A stretch of DNA of 63,699 bases, filler included, from Octopus bimaculoides (lineage: Eukaryota): NCBI RefSeq assembly GCF_001194135.2. It is 7 parts of 7 records of this genome, joined end to end, with 100 filler letters (N's around TTAATTAATTAA, not from the genome) between each part and the next. Parts side by side here need not be neighbours in the genome. Positions count along the whole stretch, not along the records: positions 1 to 21,522 come from NC_068989.1; positions 21,623 to 30,389 come from NC_068995.1; 5 more parts are not named here. One strand, 5' to 3'. Below are positions 14,309-28,456 of the stretch, one piece after another. A program made the position numbers and the translations under genes. How positions within the stretch are numbered: the first letter of the stretch is position 1; each line of letters begins with the position of its first letter. Under the pieces are notes generated by a model, which had not been told where the DNA came from, did not search any database, and saw only the letters and a program-made list of their open reading frames with translations.

Positions 14309-14469
14309 GTAACTTGTTGGTCCTTTATATTATCATTAGAAATGCTCGCTTGCGAACACGAACCAATTTTTTCTTAGCAAACCTTGCTGTTGCTGATTTC
14401 TGTGTCGGTGTATTTTGTGTCTTCCCAAATTTATCAATGTATATTTCGCCAATCTGGCATTTTGGAAGG
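14309..14469 (+). CDS. Internal exon of a rhodopsin-like (class A) neuropeptide GPCR, trissin receptor-like (end of TM1, ICL1, TM2, ECL1)
   Basis: Acceptor tctattgcag, donor gtaagt at 14470; 161 nt, phase 1 to 0. Encodes (G)NLLVLYIIIRNARLRTRTNFFLANLAVADFCVGVFCVFPNLSMYISPIWHFGR, with class A GN, N.FL.NLAVAD and WxFG motifs. ADFCVG.FCV..NL..Y matches my recollection of arthropod trissin receptors; the subfamily call is less certain than the GPCR call. Confidence 0.9.
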
Positions 14470-15798
14470 GTAAGTATTCATTTTGTTTCTTTGTTCTTTT
14501 TCTGATTTCACTCATTCAACTGTGCCAATGCAGAGAAGTGGGTCGAGTGGTGTTTCTTTTAAATATCTCTCAACGGTACAGAGTCAATTACTTCGTCCCT
14601 GGAACATATTTTAAGGACCTCGAAAAGATGAAATGGAAGGGATATGTACTTAGAACTTAAAGAGGTGTACGTATATTCTCCGACGCTCTAATAATTCAGC
14701 CTCCCACACATGCAATTGTCGTCAATTCGTGAACCTATTATGCCCATTTATTTATTTCTATTTATTATTTATACTTTATATGTAAAACTGGTAAACAATA
14801 GTGTCATCGGTTACAGAATTTTTAAATGGAATCAATCACTGATCCACTACACTTGTGCCACTGAGAGAAACAGATACGTGTCCGGAGCGCGGTGCATAAA
14901 AAGTACTTCGACGAACACTGCTTTTTCAGTTTCCGCGGAAGATACACGCAAACATACATATAAGCACACGCATGCGTGCACACACATTTATTTATTTATT
15001 TTATTTAACATTATTTCTACTTTAACACTCCATCTATATTAACATTTTATATTTACATTCTTACATCTCTTTCTCGTTACACTCATGCATTTCTATAGTT
15101 TTCAATTTTACATACACTTACATTCTCAGTTCTCAGTCTAAAAGCAACTGTAATCAATGTTGCTAATTGCCGGTTGCCTACGGTATACTTGAATTAATTA
15201 TCAATGACCGACCAAAACAACATTCTAAAATGACATTCTTTTTTATGCCCTCAAAACAGTTTTATTTAACAATAATAAAACTAATCTCCACTGATTTGAG
15301 ATATTTATCAAGAGAACTACTTGCTGCTTTGCAATTAGCAAACATACCTAACAACTACTAAAACATTAAATATTCGTTAAATAAACCCTTTCTCTCACAT
15401 ACTTACATGCAGCCGCAAGAGATAACTTCAGCAATAACATCAATCTAAAAACAATCCGCCATAGAATTTTCTTATTGTTTCTCGTTTGTTGTGGTAAAAT
15501 AGCCAGGGGCAAAAATAGGATTTTGTATTTACATTTTCCTTTGTAGAACTTATCGCTTCCTGCCAATTTGCTTTCCAGTGGAAACTGATCAATCCTAATC
15601 AGAGTAAAAAGAAAACAAGCTTCAAACACGATATCTATTTGTCTGAGTATTCTGAACACGAGACTCCGAGTAGCGACTGGTAAAACCTGAGACCTAACTA
15701 AAATCAAGATCTAATCCACTCTGTTCAAAAGCATTTAGCAATTTTTCATAGAATTCGATTCACCGATGTGTCACCATTACAAACACCCCCCACACACA

Positions 15799-16646
15799 CG
15801 AGGTATGATCAATAAGAATACGAACTGTTGCCAAAGTAACGAAGATAAAGCACGCAGAGTAAAGCCGCTGGACAAAAATTGACCTTGAATTCTGCTGTGC
15901 ATGCGCACTAAGTTTTAATGCTGTTTACAGAAGTGCTTGGAAGGAAGACGTGTAGCATGCGATCGTCGCATTGATCATGACAGAGAAAGTTGTCATGGTG
16001 ATACCTGCGCAGAGGCCTACGCAAAGTTTCAGAAAGTGTATGGAGAGGAGTATATGAGCCGCACACAAGTGTACGACAAGTTCAAATGTATTCAAGATGG
16101 CCGAAAAAATGTCGATATTGACGAGCGTTCTGGGAGATCGTAACCAGCAGAAATGAGAAAAATATCGCAGATGTACGTATAGGTGTGAGGGGAAATCATC
16201 GAATCACCACCCGTGAGTTATCAGAAGATATGCAGATTGGCTACAGATTAGTTCAGTCCATTATCACTGAAGATTTGGGGATGAAGAGCGCATCTGCCTG
16301 TTTTGATCCAAAACTACTTTCAGCTGATCAAGGAGGACACCCGGATTTTAGTTGCACAAGATCTCCTTGATTGTGTCGAGAAAGATGAAAACTTTTTGAG
16401 AACTGTGAGCAGATGTCGCCAAGCAATTCTCAGCTCAGTTTTCTTCGTCATGTTCAATGCGACAATCAGACGCTACGCACCTTCTTTCCAAGAACTGTTG
16501 TAAACAGTGGAAGTGAGCTAGAACGTTAAATCTTAGTGCGCATGCACAACAGAGTTCAAGATCAATCTGCACCCAGCAGCATCAATCTGGGTGCTTTAGC
16601 TTTGTTACTATGGCAACGGTCAGGATACTCATCCGTCAGACCGCAT
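15799..16646 (+). mobile_element. Internally deleted mariner (Tc1/mariner) element with about 120-bp imperfect TIRs
   Basis: Transposase N-terminal HTH remnants (EAYAKFQKVYGEEYMSRTQVYDKFKCIQDGRKNVDIDERSGRS; RITTRELSEDM; FDPKLLS). Left end 15800-15920 and right end 16528-16645 are inverted copies sharing GTTGCCA.AGTAAC and GTGCATGCGCACTAAG. No D,D34D catalytic region seen. Confidence 0.85.
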
Positions 16647-18266
16647 ATATATATACAGAATAAGTAAGGCTATATATGTATGTATGTATGTATATATGTA
16701 TATATATNNNNNNNNNNNNNNNNNNNNNNNNNNNNNNNNNNNNNNNNNNNNNNNNNNNNNNNNNNNNNNNNNNNNNNNNNNNNNNNNNNNNNNNNNNNNN
16801 NNNNNNNNNNNNNNNNNNNNNNNNNNNNNNNNNNNNNNNNNNNNNNNNNNNNNNNNNNNNNNNNNNNNNNNNNNNNNNNNNNNNNNNNNNNNNNNNNNNN
16901 NNNNNNNNNNNNNNNNNNNNNNNNNNNNNNNNNNNNNNNNNNNNNNNNNNNNNNNNNNNNNNNNNNNNNNNNNNNNNNNNNNNNNNNNNNNNNNNNNNNN
17001 NNNNNNNNNNNNNNNNNNNNNNNNNNNNNNNNNNNNNNNNNNNNNNNNNNNNNNNNNNNNNNNNNNNNNNNNNNNNNNNNNNNNNNNNNNNNNNNNNNNN
17101 NNNNNNNNNNNNNNNNNNNNNNNNNNNNNNNNNNNNNNNNNNNNNNNNNNNNNNNNNNNNNNNNNNNNNNNNNNNNNNNNNNNNNNNNNNNNNNNNNNNN
17201 NNNNNNNNNNNNNNNNNNNNNNNNNNNNNNNNNNNNNNNNNNNNNNNNNNNNNNNNNNNNNNNNNNNNNNNNNNNNNNNNNNNNNNNNNNNNNNNNNNNN
17301 NNNNNNNNNNNNNNNNNNNNNNNNNNNNNNNNNNNNNNNNNNNNNNNNNNNNNNNNNNNNNNNNNNNNNNNNATATATAAATATATACGTATGTGTGTGT
17401 ATATGTTTGTGTGTCTGTGTTTGTTCCCCCCAACATCGCTTGACAACCGATGGTGGTGTTTTTATGTCCCCCGTAACTTAGTGATGGAGACCCGATAGAA
17501 TGAGTCCTGAGGTCGACTTGCTCGACTAAAGGTGGTGCTCCAGCATGGCCACAATCAAATGACTGAAACAAGTAAAAGAGTAAAAGAGAGTATGTATATA
17601 TATATGTTTATATATATATATATATGCATATATTTACACTCATAACACATTCCAACTCACGGAAAAAGCGTTCGCTGTCGAATTTTATCTTAGAGACAAA
17701 AATTCTCCTTAGAGACTTTGTGTGTAAAAGAACATCACACTCCAAATGATACCAACGGATTGTCAGTTACCAGTAATTCAGCTGACTTTCTCCTTCTCAG
17801 AGACTGAGTTCTTTCTTTGAAACAAAGCATTGACTGATGTGTGCTAAGGTTTACTTACATCGCTTGGAGCATGTGTTTTTACTAAAAAAGTCTCTAAGCA
17901 CTAGTTCTTCTCAGTGAATGTTATTTCCATGTTTATGTGTACAGGAAGTGTTATAAATAGATACACGCATCTTGATTTTGATCCTCAGAACTTCATATGC
18001 GTATATTGATTTAATTCCAAATTGGCGAGAATTTGCACCCACAACCAAATAATTGGTTCGCAGATTTCTGTATGGGGACAGAGGTAACTACCCAGCACCA
18101 AAGGGTATCTACCACTGAAGAAGCGGAGTTAAACTAAAAGATCAGCGTCTGAGAGTTCGTTGGTGTAATTTGAAACATATAATTTTACACACGAAGTCAG
18201 CGAATGCCATTTCCACGTTCAACTGTACAAGAATATTTTATAGACATTCATCACTCACATACGGCG

Positions 18267-18306
<40 letters not shown>

Positions 18307-20888
18307 ACACTCACGTACAGAGATACTTGCATATATGTGCATATATGTGCATATATGTGATATATATGTATATATGATGACACACTTATGTATTGTCTGC
18401 ACGCGCGCGCGCGCGCGTGCATGTGTTACATCCCATGCAAACACGCTGTAGACTTGAAATCCAATTCTACACTTCACAAAGTCGAAGTTTTGATAAAAAT
18501 AGATCTATTTTAGCCTACAAATACGGACAATTCATTTCCATTCTGGAACTCCCATAAATTATTTGATTCAACTGAATCTGTTAACAGTGCTATTTCTATT
18601 TTTATCCCTCTCTTTTAGCACCATTTGCTTGAGCTGATATTTCTTACAGGCAGTTTTTACATACATTTTCTTGTGTCAGTTGTAATTTAATAACAGACCA
18701 GATAACATCCAACAAAACAGAAAACACATTTTGATTTTGACGTTTAGGTGCTTCCATATTCCAACAAAAGCATATTCATATTTCGAGACTGAAAATCAAT
18801 TCCATTCATCCGTCTAACATTAAACGGAGACTTCTCTTGAAAATTGTTGGTTCTTTCGTGATTAGCTGTTAAGGAAGAACTGGTATCATTGGTAACGTTT
18901 GAACTGGAATATTATGCTCAATAAGACTTCAACAAGTTAAGTGAAGGGAACTTGCAAAAATCGGAAACAGTTTAAAGTGTTAGTTTATCAAGAGCTTTAC
19001 AACACTCTGCACAGTTTACTTGTAAATAAAATTAGTTTCAGGAAGTCAAATTTTAATAAACATCAATGGCCGCGAGATTAACATGAATGGCATGAATGGT
19101 GGTGGATTAACAGAAAGATCAGCGGTTTACATATCGGCAGATGGCTCTCGAATTATAAATGACTTCGATTTTCAACTATGAAATAGTCTATGTTAACTAT
19201 GAGTAGGTAGTGAGCATTAGAGAAAAATCTGTCAGTGTAAGTAGGGACAGTGATAATGGAGTTAGCAAATGCTTCGTTAGTGTTGAGTCCATTTTTCCTG
19301 TGGCAATAGCTTGCAGAGGGTGGGTTCCATCATATTTCCTTGTTCTTGATTCTGAACAACATCAAGACAAAATTTTCTATATATTACATAAAGACAAGTC
19401 AGTAAATTTATAGGTCTCGGCTTAATCCAACCAAAACTTATATTATATGTGTCATTTACATTTTTCCGAAACGATATATACAAATATAGTGGGATTTCAA
19501 TTCAGAAAAATTAGGAGCAAAACTAGTTTCAGAAAGCAATCTTGACTTCTCTAATTTGTTAAGAAGCAGTTCATCTTTATTCTTACGCATAAATACCATT
19601 TTCTCTTTGATTAATGAAGAAGGATCCAGGACTTCAGTAGAGGTGTAAAGAAAGTGATTGCCGTTACGTTACTCTGTCACCATCTTTGAATGACATTGTT
19701 GTACGGGTGCATATTCCAAATGTGCTTGTTGAAAGCTCATACCCAACAAGGAGGTCAATTCTATCATAAATGTTGAGCTCACTTAATATATTCATGGACA
19801 AGGCGGCGAGCTGGCAGAATCGTTTGCTTAGTGACATTCCGTTTGATATTACGTTCTGAGTTCAAATTCCCCTTTCGCAGTCGATAAAATAAGTACCAGT
19901 CAAGTGATGGGTTCGATGTAATCGACTTATCTCCTACCCCAAAATTGCTGGACTGCTGTCAACATTTGAAATTAATATTATATTCATGGATCCTTATGAG
20001 AATCCAAAATATTCCATCTATTGTTATGAAATAGTATGGTATTGGTTCGGAGATATCACTGTAGACTCCACATCTGGTCATACATGTATCAGATCGAATG
20101 TAGGATAAGAAAAACAATAAAGTGAGCAATATTTCCCAATATACACCTAGTCTGTTATTAGCTTTTACACCCCTCTTTAAGAAATATAGCAATTCTTTCT
20201 AGCATTCAGCATGCACTCGCCCACTATTTGAATTCATTTACCGCTACCCTTTCTACTTATTTCTGTCTACTTTGAGCCTGATAATTATATAAAACTTACT
20301 CTTATTAACATTCATATTCCCCTCTGATGAATATTACATTTTGCTAATGAAATGTAGATATAAATTCAAAGAATAATTAATAACTCAAACTGATTATACA
20401 TATGCTGGTAGCGTCTAAATGATAATGCTTCTTAATTATTCACCTTTGGTAATTGTAGCTTAACCCAGGAGCCATTGTTGCCATAAGACGGTCACATCAG
20501 TTCCTTCAGGCCATATTATTTTCTAATGAATACAACGTTTAGGAAAGTAATGAAAAGTTGCATGTACAAATTTGTTGAATAATTAATAAGTCAAAATGAT
20601 TTATAAACACATTATCAAATGAACGCCAAAGAGGCCGGTTTTGATCTGCGTAGGCTATGTAGTAAAATCAATAAAAGGAGTGAACTTGCCCTGAGGAGTG
20701 GAAAATATGTATGTGTGTATGTATATGTATGTGCATGTATGCATATATATATATATATNNNNNNNNNNNNNNNNNNNNNNNNNNNNNNNNNNNNNNNNNN
20801 NNNNNNNNNNNNNNNNNNNNNNNNNNNNNNNNNNNNNNNNNNNNNNNNNNNNNNNNNNNNNNNNNNNNNNNNNNNNNNNNNNNNNNCA

Positions 20889-20921
<33 letters not shown>

Positions 20922-21878
20922 TACGCGCACGCCTACATACACGTACATACACAGCCGCATACACATGCACACACACACAGGAGTGCACACACAAAATAAC
21001 ACACATACCTGGCACACATCCTTACGCTCTCACACACACATACACACACGCACACACACCTCTCACATACACAATACTCACTCACATACACAACACACAC
21101 ACACGAAAACATACACAATATACACATACACGCACACACAAAAAATATACATACACGCGCACACACACGCACACGGACACACACATACAAACACACATAA
21201 ACACACACGCGCATACACACACACGCACCCGTACCTAACACTCACAACCCCACACACATCACAATCCCCCACACACACGCACATCCACACACATACACAC
21301 ACACACACGCACACACCCACACACCCATACACACACACACGCACACACACTTCTCACCAACACAACACACTCACGCAGACACGCATACAATCACACACAC
21401 ATGGGCATAAACAACACACGCACATACAATAGCAAACGCACGCACACACACGTACACAGCAACGCACATATACACAACATACACATACACAATATATACA
21501 CACACACATATATATATATATANNNNNNNNNNNNNNNNNNNNNNNNNNNNNNNNNNNNNNNNNNNNTTAATTAATTAANNNNNNNNNNNNNNNNNNNNNN
21601 NNNNNNNNNNNNNNNNNNNNNNACTAGCACCACCACCACCACCACCACTACCTCCCACCAACACCCATAACGCTAACATTACTACCACTAATACCAAAAC
21701 AGAAACACCAACACCACCAGCGCCACCACTAACACAGCGTACACCACATTACACTCTCTCTCTCTCTCTCCCTCATTCACACAGACACACACACACACAC
21801 ACACACATACACACTGTCACTCTCTTTCACCCTCTCTCTCTCTCTGTCACGCGCTCGCGCTCTCTTTCTCTCGCAGTC

Positions 21879-21900
21879 GTTGCCCTAGGATACAACCAAT
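21879..21900 (+). promoter_or_regulatory. RFX X-box-like motif followed by CCAAT box
   Basis: GTTGCCCTAGGATAC (21879-21893) resembles the RFX consensus GTTGCC-N0-3-RGYAAC; CCAAT at 21896-21900; locally GC/CpG-rich sequence follows. Motif match only. Confidence 0.45.
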
Positions 21901-22174
21901 CACAGCTTCCGCAATGCCTCAGCACCAGTGTTTTGTTGACAGGTGTTGTCTACAGACACCAGTTTAGCATCGAGTAGAGGCAGGTTGGCCAAATATTTTA
22001 GCGGCACCTTGGCACAGAGGCGGCGGCGGCGACGGCGGTGGTAACACTGGTAGCGATAATAGTACTGGTGGTGGTGGTTGTGGCGATGGTGGTGATGGTA
22101 GTCGTAGTTGTAGTGGTGGTGGTGGTAACAACGATAACGGTACTGGTGCTGGCGTTAAGTGGAATCTGAAGGCG

Positions 22175-22259
22175 ATGGCGATGGGGAGTGAGCACATGTG
22201 GCACGTTGCTAAAAACGGCGGCACGGATGGGGCTGCGGGTTTTCTATACGAAAGGCATG
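22175..22259 (+). CDS. Candidate first coding exon of an unidentified plus-strand gene
   Basis: MAMGSEHMWHVAKNGGTDGAAGFLYERH+G, donor gtagga at 22260 (phase 1); GC-rich unique sequence downstream of the X-box/CCAAT motifs. Confidence 0.4.
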
Positions 22260-22559
22260 GTAGGAGGTTATTTGCTTACGTAATGATCATGATAGGGAAA
22301 AAGGAAGAGATAACACACACAAACACACACATACAAACACTTAAACACACGCATATATATATATAGAGAGAGAGAGACAGAGAGACAGAGAGACAGAGAG
22401 CTGTGTGTACATACGTACATATGCATATCAATGCGCGCGTGAGTAGGAATGTGTGTGTTCTATCTATAGACTTTATTACAATTTGAATCGTTTCAAATCG
22501 AGAGTTGTGGCCATTTTGTGGTACTGTTTTGCTACATATCTATTATTTCTTTTTTAATA

Positions 22560-23700
22560 GTTGGCCTTTGATGAATGATTGAGTTTGATGTTGTTGCATT
22601 CATTTGCGTTTCCTGCCGTGAAATAGGTCCATCAGGGACTCTTGGCTGCAGGAGATCTAGTTTTGCTTTGAAGACATTCATGAATGTTTTTCAAGTTTTC
22701 GGGTTGAAACTGAAGAGCTCTAAGACCTTGAATGCTAAACTATTGCAGCATGTGCTCCTGTATTTTGATGGCAAGCGTGGGACCTTTGGCGCTATAAAAT
22801 GGTGGCCTATTCTGCAGTTAAAACCGCTTTCAATAACGAGGCTTAGTACGGATGGATACGAAAGCATATTTTTCTCGCCTTCGTTCCACAGAACAGAGAC
22901 TTATTTTTTGAGTCTTTTCCAATACCTAATCTACTGAACTGGGGCAATTCTCTTTTGTATAACTTCCTTTTAGCTAACTTGCTTCGAGTTCCACTATTAA
23001 TTTTACACCGTACCATAGGTGGGAGCGTACCATAGTTGAGAGCTATAGTCAAAACGGCTTAAAACAAATGTGCCTCAGGCCACATTTGTCAGGTTTCTTG
23101 CTCGCTTGTTCTGAAAATTCTTAGAACCCATCCGGACAGCCCTCTGCATTTCATTATCAACTTAGCGATATGTACAAGGAAGGATGTGTCATAGCTCATG
23201 TCAATATCCAGGTCACGCACTGATAGTGATCCTGGACTGCAATCTCATTTAGTCCAGTGTATTGTATCCGCATTGCAATTAACTTTTCCTGCGGATACCA
23301 TTTTATACAGCTTGCAAGCGTGGCTGTGTAGCTGAAAGCATATCTAAGAGGCCGACAGTTGACAAAGGACGTATGAAGACAATGTCCAACAGGAAACCCA
23401 CATTTGTGCTTCTGATGTCAACTGTCTGACAACTGTCTTTTAGAATGTCATGCAGCCATGCAGCCACATATCTTGATCTCCACCAGTGTTAAGATCAGGC
23501 AGCTTATGTTATAATATTCCCTCATCAACTTTATCGACAGCCTTCGTAAAATCGAGATGTACCAGATCGACTTTTAAGTGGATATATTGAGTTGAGAAAA
23601 TGTTATCAGTTGAGCTACTGTTTCAACCTTCGGTGGTAGACTATTACAAGTTGCGTCAGGTAACTTCTTCCTGGTCGAAAACTATACTGGTTGTCAGTCA
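22560..23700 (-). mobile_element. Decayed CR1-like LINE, RT to 3' end
   Basis: Minus-strand DLVHLDFTKAVDKVDEGIL, ILSRFDYSSQLWY, RYWKRLK and a 3' region resembling FK.KLD.L...VPD.P; many stops. Confidence 0.8.
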
Positions 23701-25763
23701 GCAATGATTTTCTTCCAGGAACGTGATTAGATTCTTCTGACTATACACCACACACCATCACACCACACACCACACACCACACACCGCAACACTTACCACC
23801 ACACCACACACCACCATACCACGCCCCAGCACCTACACTATCATTCAGACACCTACACATGCACACACACACACGTCAAAGTCACCAACCCTCTTCCACA
23901 CGCACTTACATGCGCTCTTATACACACTTAGGCGCACCTTCGTTTTGGGATCACCACTACTTTATTATCTCCTCTTTTTCCTAGCTCTCCTAATTTTCTA
24001 AATAGTAATCAAATATCATCAAGAACAATCAACTCGTAGTGAAAAATTTGCTGACCAATCAACCTTTCAGTTTAATACGAAAAACACCATGTCCAAAAGC
24101 TGACACGTGTAAATAACCACACCTAATCACAAAACCTTACATGCTTGACTGAACTCTGAACAAAGCTTTCAATTTTCCAAAATAGACAGTTTAACTCTCA
24201 TAAATAAAACCAACAATAAGTAAAGAAGTATTAAGACCAGATAAACTTTCCACCTACTTACATTCTTTTGTGAACATGTAAATAATTTCTGACCTAACGA
24301 TGACACACCTAAATATACACACCTAATTACAATGTTTTACAAACTTGATGCAACTCAACTATATTCCCCACCTATCTTAAGCAATCAGTTTAAATCTCTC
24401 TTTTGCATTCAACTAAAATGAACAACTAAATTGAGTTGCTCTATCTCCTGACCATCTAACAGATCTACTGACCATCTAACCTTTACACTTATGTAGATTC
24501 TTTTGTGAACCTCTAAAAACAACGTCCATTTATAGCAGACATACCTAAATAAACACAACTGATTACAACGTTCTACAAACTTGAAAGAATACTGAACAAA
24601 AACATAACTCCAAGGTTAATCAACGAAATTCTTCCGTATTATCTTTCCCTCAGAAGCTATTATTTTTAACATAGATTCCAAAATTTTGAAATCTTTTTCC
24701 GCCCTGAACTTGCCATTAATTAACTGGTTGTTATAATACTGATTTAACTCTCCACACACACCTATGCGACTGTAATAAATTTGGAAAAGTTATATTTTTC
24801 AAAAATTGTTTTAGCAGAATAGATCCTGGTACTAATTTTTGGAGTCTAATACTCATTTGGCCGATTTCTTTTGTCGAACGGTTAATAGGGTGGGGGGGGG
24901 GCGTAAATAAACCAACGCTTATTTTCAAGCAGTAGTTAGCGATAAATACAGCAGAACCACAAGAAACACATACGTATAGGTAAACACACAGATACAGACA
25001 GACAGACACACACATAATGGGATTCTTTTAGTTTCTGTCTACCAAATCTACTCACAAAGCTTCGGTCGGCTCCGTGCAGTGATAGAAAACATCAACGCAA
25101 GGAACCACAGTGTGGGATTAGCACTTATGAAACGAGATTTTAATTAACTTATTGTTAGCGATCTCATTTCCTAATTTTGGCTGTAATTTCCATCAGGTCG
25201 AACGACCATGTAGTAATTGTTTGTAACATGAGAGCAAGGTATGATATTTGGCGAGAGTGGTCTCGACGATATCCCTGACAGCAGTATTTCTACTTGATTT
25301 TATTGAATCCGAAAGAAGAAAGACAAAATTGACATCGACGGGATATGAGCTGAGAAGATAAGACGTAACTCTATAGCATCGATTATTTTGTATGTGGCTC
25401 TAAACACTTTGCTATTTCACCACCCCTGCAACTGTCTGTATATTTTAATAGCTAAATTAACTTACGTTTTGTTGCTTGGCTGGTTGAGAGCTAACCACGT
25501 AAATACGAAAATGTGATGAAAATGGTGGGGTCCAAACATGGCCACAGACCTTAGGTTGGAACATAAAGAGGAAATTAAAGTAAAGATGTATTACAGAAAG
25601 ATTTTCTCGTCAAAATCTATCAAGAATGTTAATTTAGGAGATTTTTTCCCCTTTTTGCTGCCTCTTTATCGTTCAAGATATTGGATTGCGAAGATAATGT
25701 TTGAATAATACACCGTCTTGTTTTATTTGGAAGATATAAATCCACAATTGTCAATTTCTTTAG

Positions 25764-25806
25764 ACATACTGGAACACCGTCGGTTAAGACGACGCGAGAA
25801 ATACAG
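25764..25806 (+). CDS. Candidate exon 2 of the unidentified plus-strand gene
   Basis: Acceptor aatttctttag, donor CAG/gtaaaa; 43 nt, phase 1 to 2, (D)ILEHRRLRRREKY(R); CpG-rich patch in AT-rich surroundings. Confidence 0.5.
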
Positions 25807-26621
25807 GTAAAAGTCGGTATGGCCAGCTGAGTGAAATGGAGCGACGTGAAATAAAGTGTCTTGCTCAAGGCCACAACACATGACCGGTACTCGAACTCAT
25901 AATTGGAAGCGAAATACCTTAACCACTAAGCTACGCACCTTCACTTTAGACGTACAGTGTTACAAAGTATAACAAAGTCACACCTTTTAAACTTGGCTTT
26001 AGAAATTAACTCTTAACTTCTACAAACTCGTATAATCAACAGTATAGAAAGTCAACCATGAACGTATAATTAATATGTTCTAAATTTGTATTAGAAATCT
26101 GAGAAACAAATCCGAATATGGCAGTATAATGTCGAATGTCGACTCAGTTTTGTAGGTGATGTTTCTTTTCTCTTCTGCATCGATTCACACAAAGTTATTT
26201 GACAACATATTTTATAGTTTTATCTCGTAACTATTGCTTGCATTCTATATCAAGTTGATGGAAGTCTATCGTCGATCAATAGTGGTACATATATACTCAC
26301 ACACACATACATATAAATGTTTATATATGTACCAATATATATCGATAATAAACTTCAGTCAACTTCAATGAAGAAAGATATTTTGAATTTATAATTACGA
26401 GACAAACAACTAATATAAAGTTATAGATTGTGAGTACTTTCCTTACTTAGAATTTTTCAAACACACGACTTAAACTGTAGATATTGAAGCGCTTTTTCGC
26501 CTACAATTTAATAACCTTTAATTTCTTCAAAATTGCCTTACTATATCAAGAATTCTTTGCAAAAGCTCTTTTCAATACACACACGCATACACCTACACAC
26601 AAGCACACATACAAACACAAG

Positions 26622-26684
<63 letters not shown>

Positions 26685-27949
26685 GGTTTCTAAAAGTAGT
26701 AGTAGACACCAAGCACATAGACCTGATCAGCACTGCTGTAACGGAACAAGAAGTGGTGACAGGAGCGAAAATCATCAAAGTTACGTCAGTTGACCTGGAG
26801 ATCAAGGGAGTGTCCGGTTAAATTACATGTTAAATCACACATTTTGAAATATGATATTATACAATATATTGTATAATATCATATTTTATTGCATAGGCCT
26901 GTATCGCCTTCCTCTTTCTCTATTAGTATTATTATTAATATTTTTATTTCATTTTTTTCTAAGGCGGTAAGCGTGCAGAATAGTTAACGCGCCGGACAAA
27001 GTACTTACGGGCATTTCGTCCGTCTTTACGTTTTGAATTGATATTCACCAGAGCTCGACTTTACCCTTCATTCTTTAGGGGTCGATAAAACAAGTATCAG
27101 TTGAACACAACACTGGGGTCGATGTAATCAACTTACCTTCTGCCGTCGAATTTGTTGACATGGTGTCAAGTATTTGAATATTATAATGCCTTATTGCCTG
27201 GTATATAATTTTAATTTAGATGGTAAAAATAAGTTACCCACAGGCAAGAAAATGAAATATTAATGAAGAAGACTATTTGTGGGGTGATAACCAACAGGAG
27301 CAATTACAGAAATATGAAGTATAGAGGTACGAAGATCATAGAAAACGGCTCAAAAGTTGACAGAGCATGAACGGAATTATTTTTGTGAATTTAAAGGATT
27401 TTAACTGAATTTTGATTTCTAAGTAATTACCATTTGTTATTGATAATAGTATAAAGGTGTCGAAGTAGGAGAACGATGAAAGCATCGGGATAGATATGTT
27501 GCAGCATTTTACCTGCCCTTGGCGTCTCGCCGATGTCAGCTTTGGATTTCCTCCCCACGGAGTCTTATATATTAAAGTACCTATGATGTACTGCAGACGA
27601 CAGTAAACTATTTAACTGCCTAACTTAACTAATAACAGTAAACGTCTATCGTAACTTGTAAAAGCATCTGCGCCTACTCTACTCCGATTACAAGTTCAGA
27701 ATTACACCAATAATTATTGGGGTACAAGGATAAGCAAATATTGTTGAAATCCAAAGAAGGAGTCTTGGATCTAGGTTAGAAACCGGCTGTTTCTCCATTG
27801 GCAAGATATCTAGAAATAAAACTGAATAATTACATATACACGTATATAAATATGCGTGTGTGTGTGTGCATACATATGAAATATATATTTATATAGTTGA
27901 AATCTGTGTATGAAAGCATGGATGTGCGTATGCATGTTTATAAATGTAG

Positions 27950-27982
<33 letters not shown>

Positions 27983-28456
27983 TATCTGGGAATCAATTAG
28001 AGATTCGTTTTAGTGAGAGAAGAATGGGGTTTACGACGAAAATATATGCAGAATGGGTAACAAGTAACGGCTGATACAAAGAGACATTTCAAAATGTAAG
28101 AACTCTACTCATCCACATATATGCATATATACATATGTACATATGTGTGGTTTGAGTGTTCGTACACACATACAGAGAAACACACATACACTCACACACA
28201 CACTGTCACACATAAACACACGTACATACATACTCATAGACACAGACACACGAACACACACACATATGAATGTAAGCTTATATATTTATGTATATATTCT
28301 ACGAACATATGGCGTCTCTAGATGTCAGACGTCCATTGAAATATCTACGATCACGTGATGACTTCGTCAGTGTAAAATCTTGTGTGTCTGTGTGTGTATG
28401 TTTGTGTATGTCTGCGTGTGAATGTGTGTGTGTATGTGTTTTATTATGCGTTACAG

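Noticed and set aside
20698-21500. 244-aa His/Thr-rich ORF and similar HT, CV, YI, poly-N, poly-L and N-spanning ORFs across the window
   Set aside because: Translations of (CA)n, (TA)n, (AAT)n repeats or N runs.
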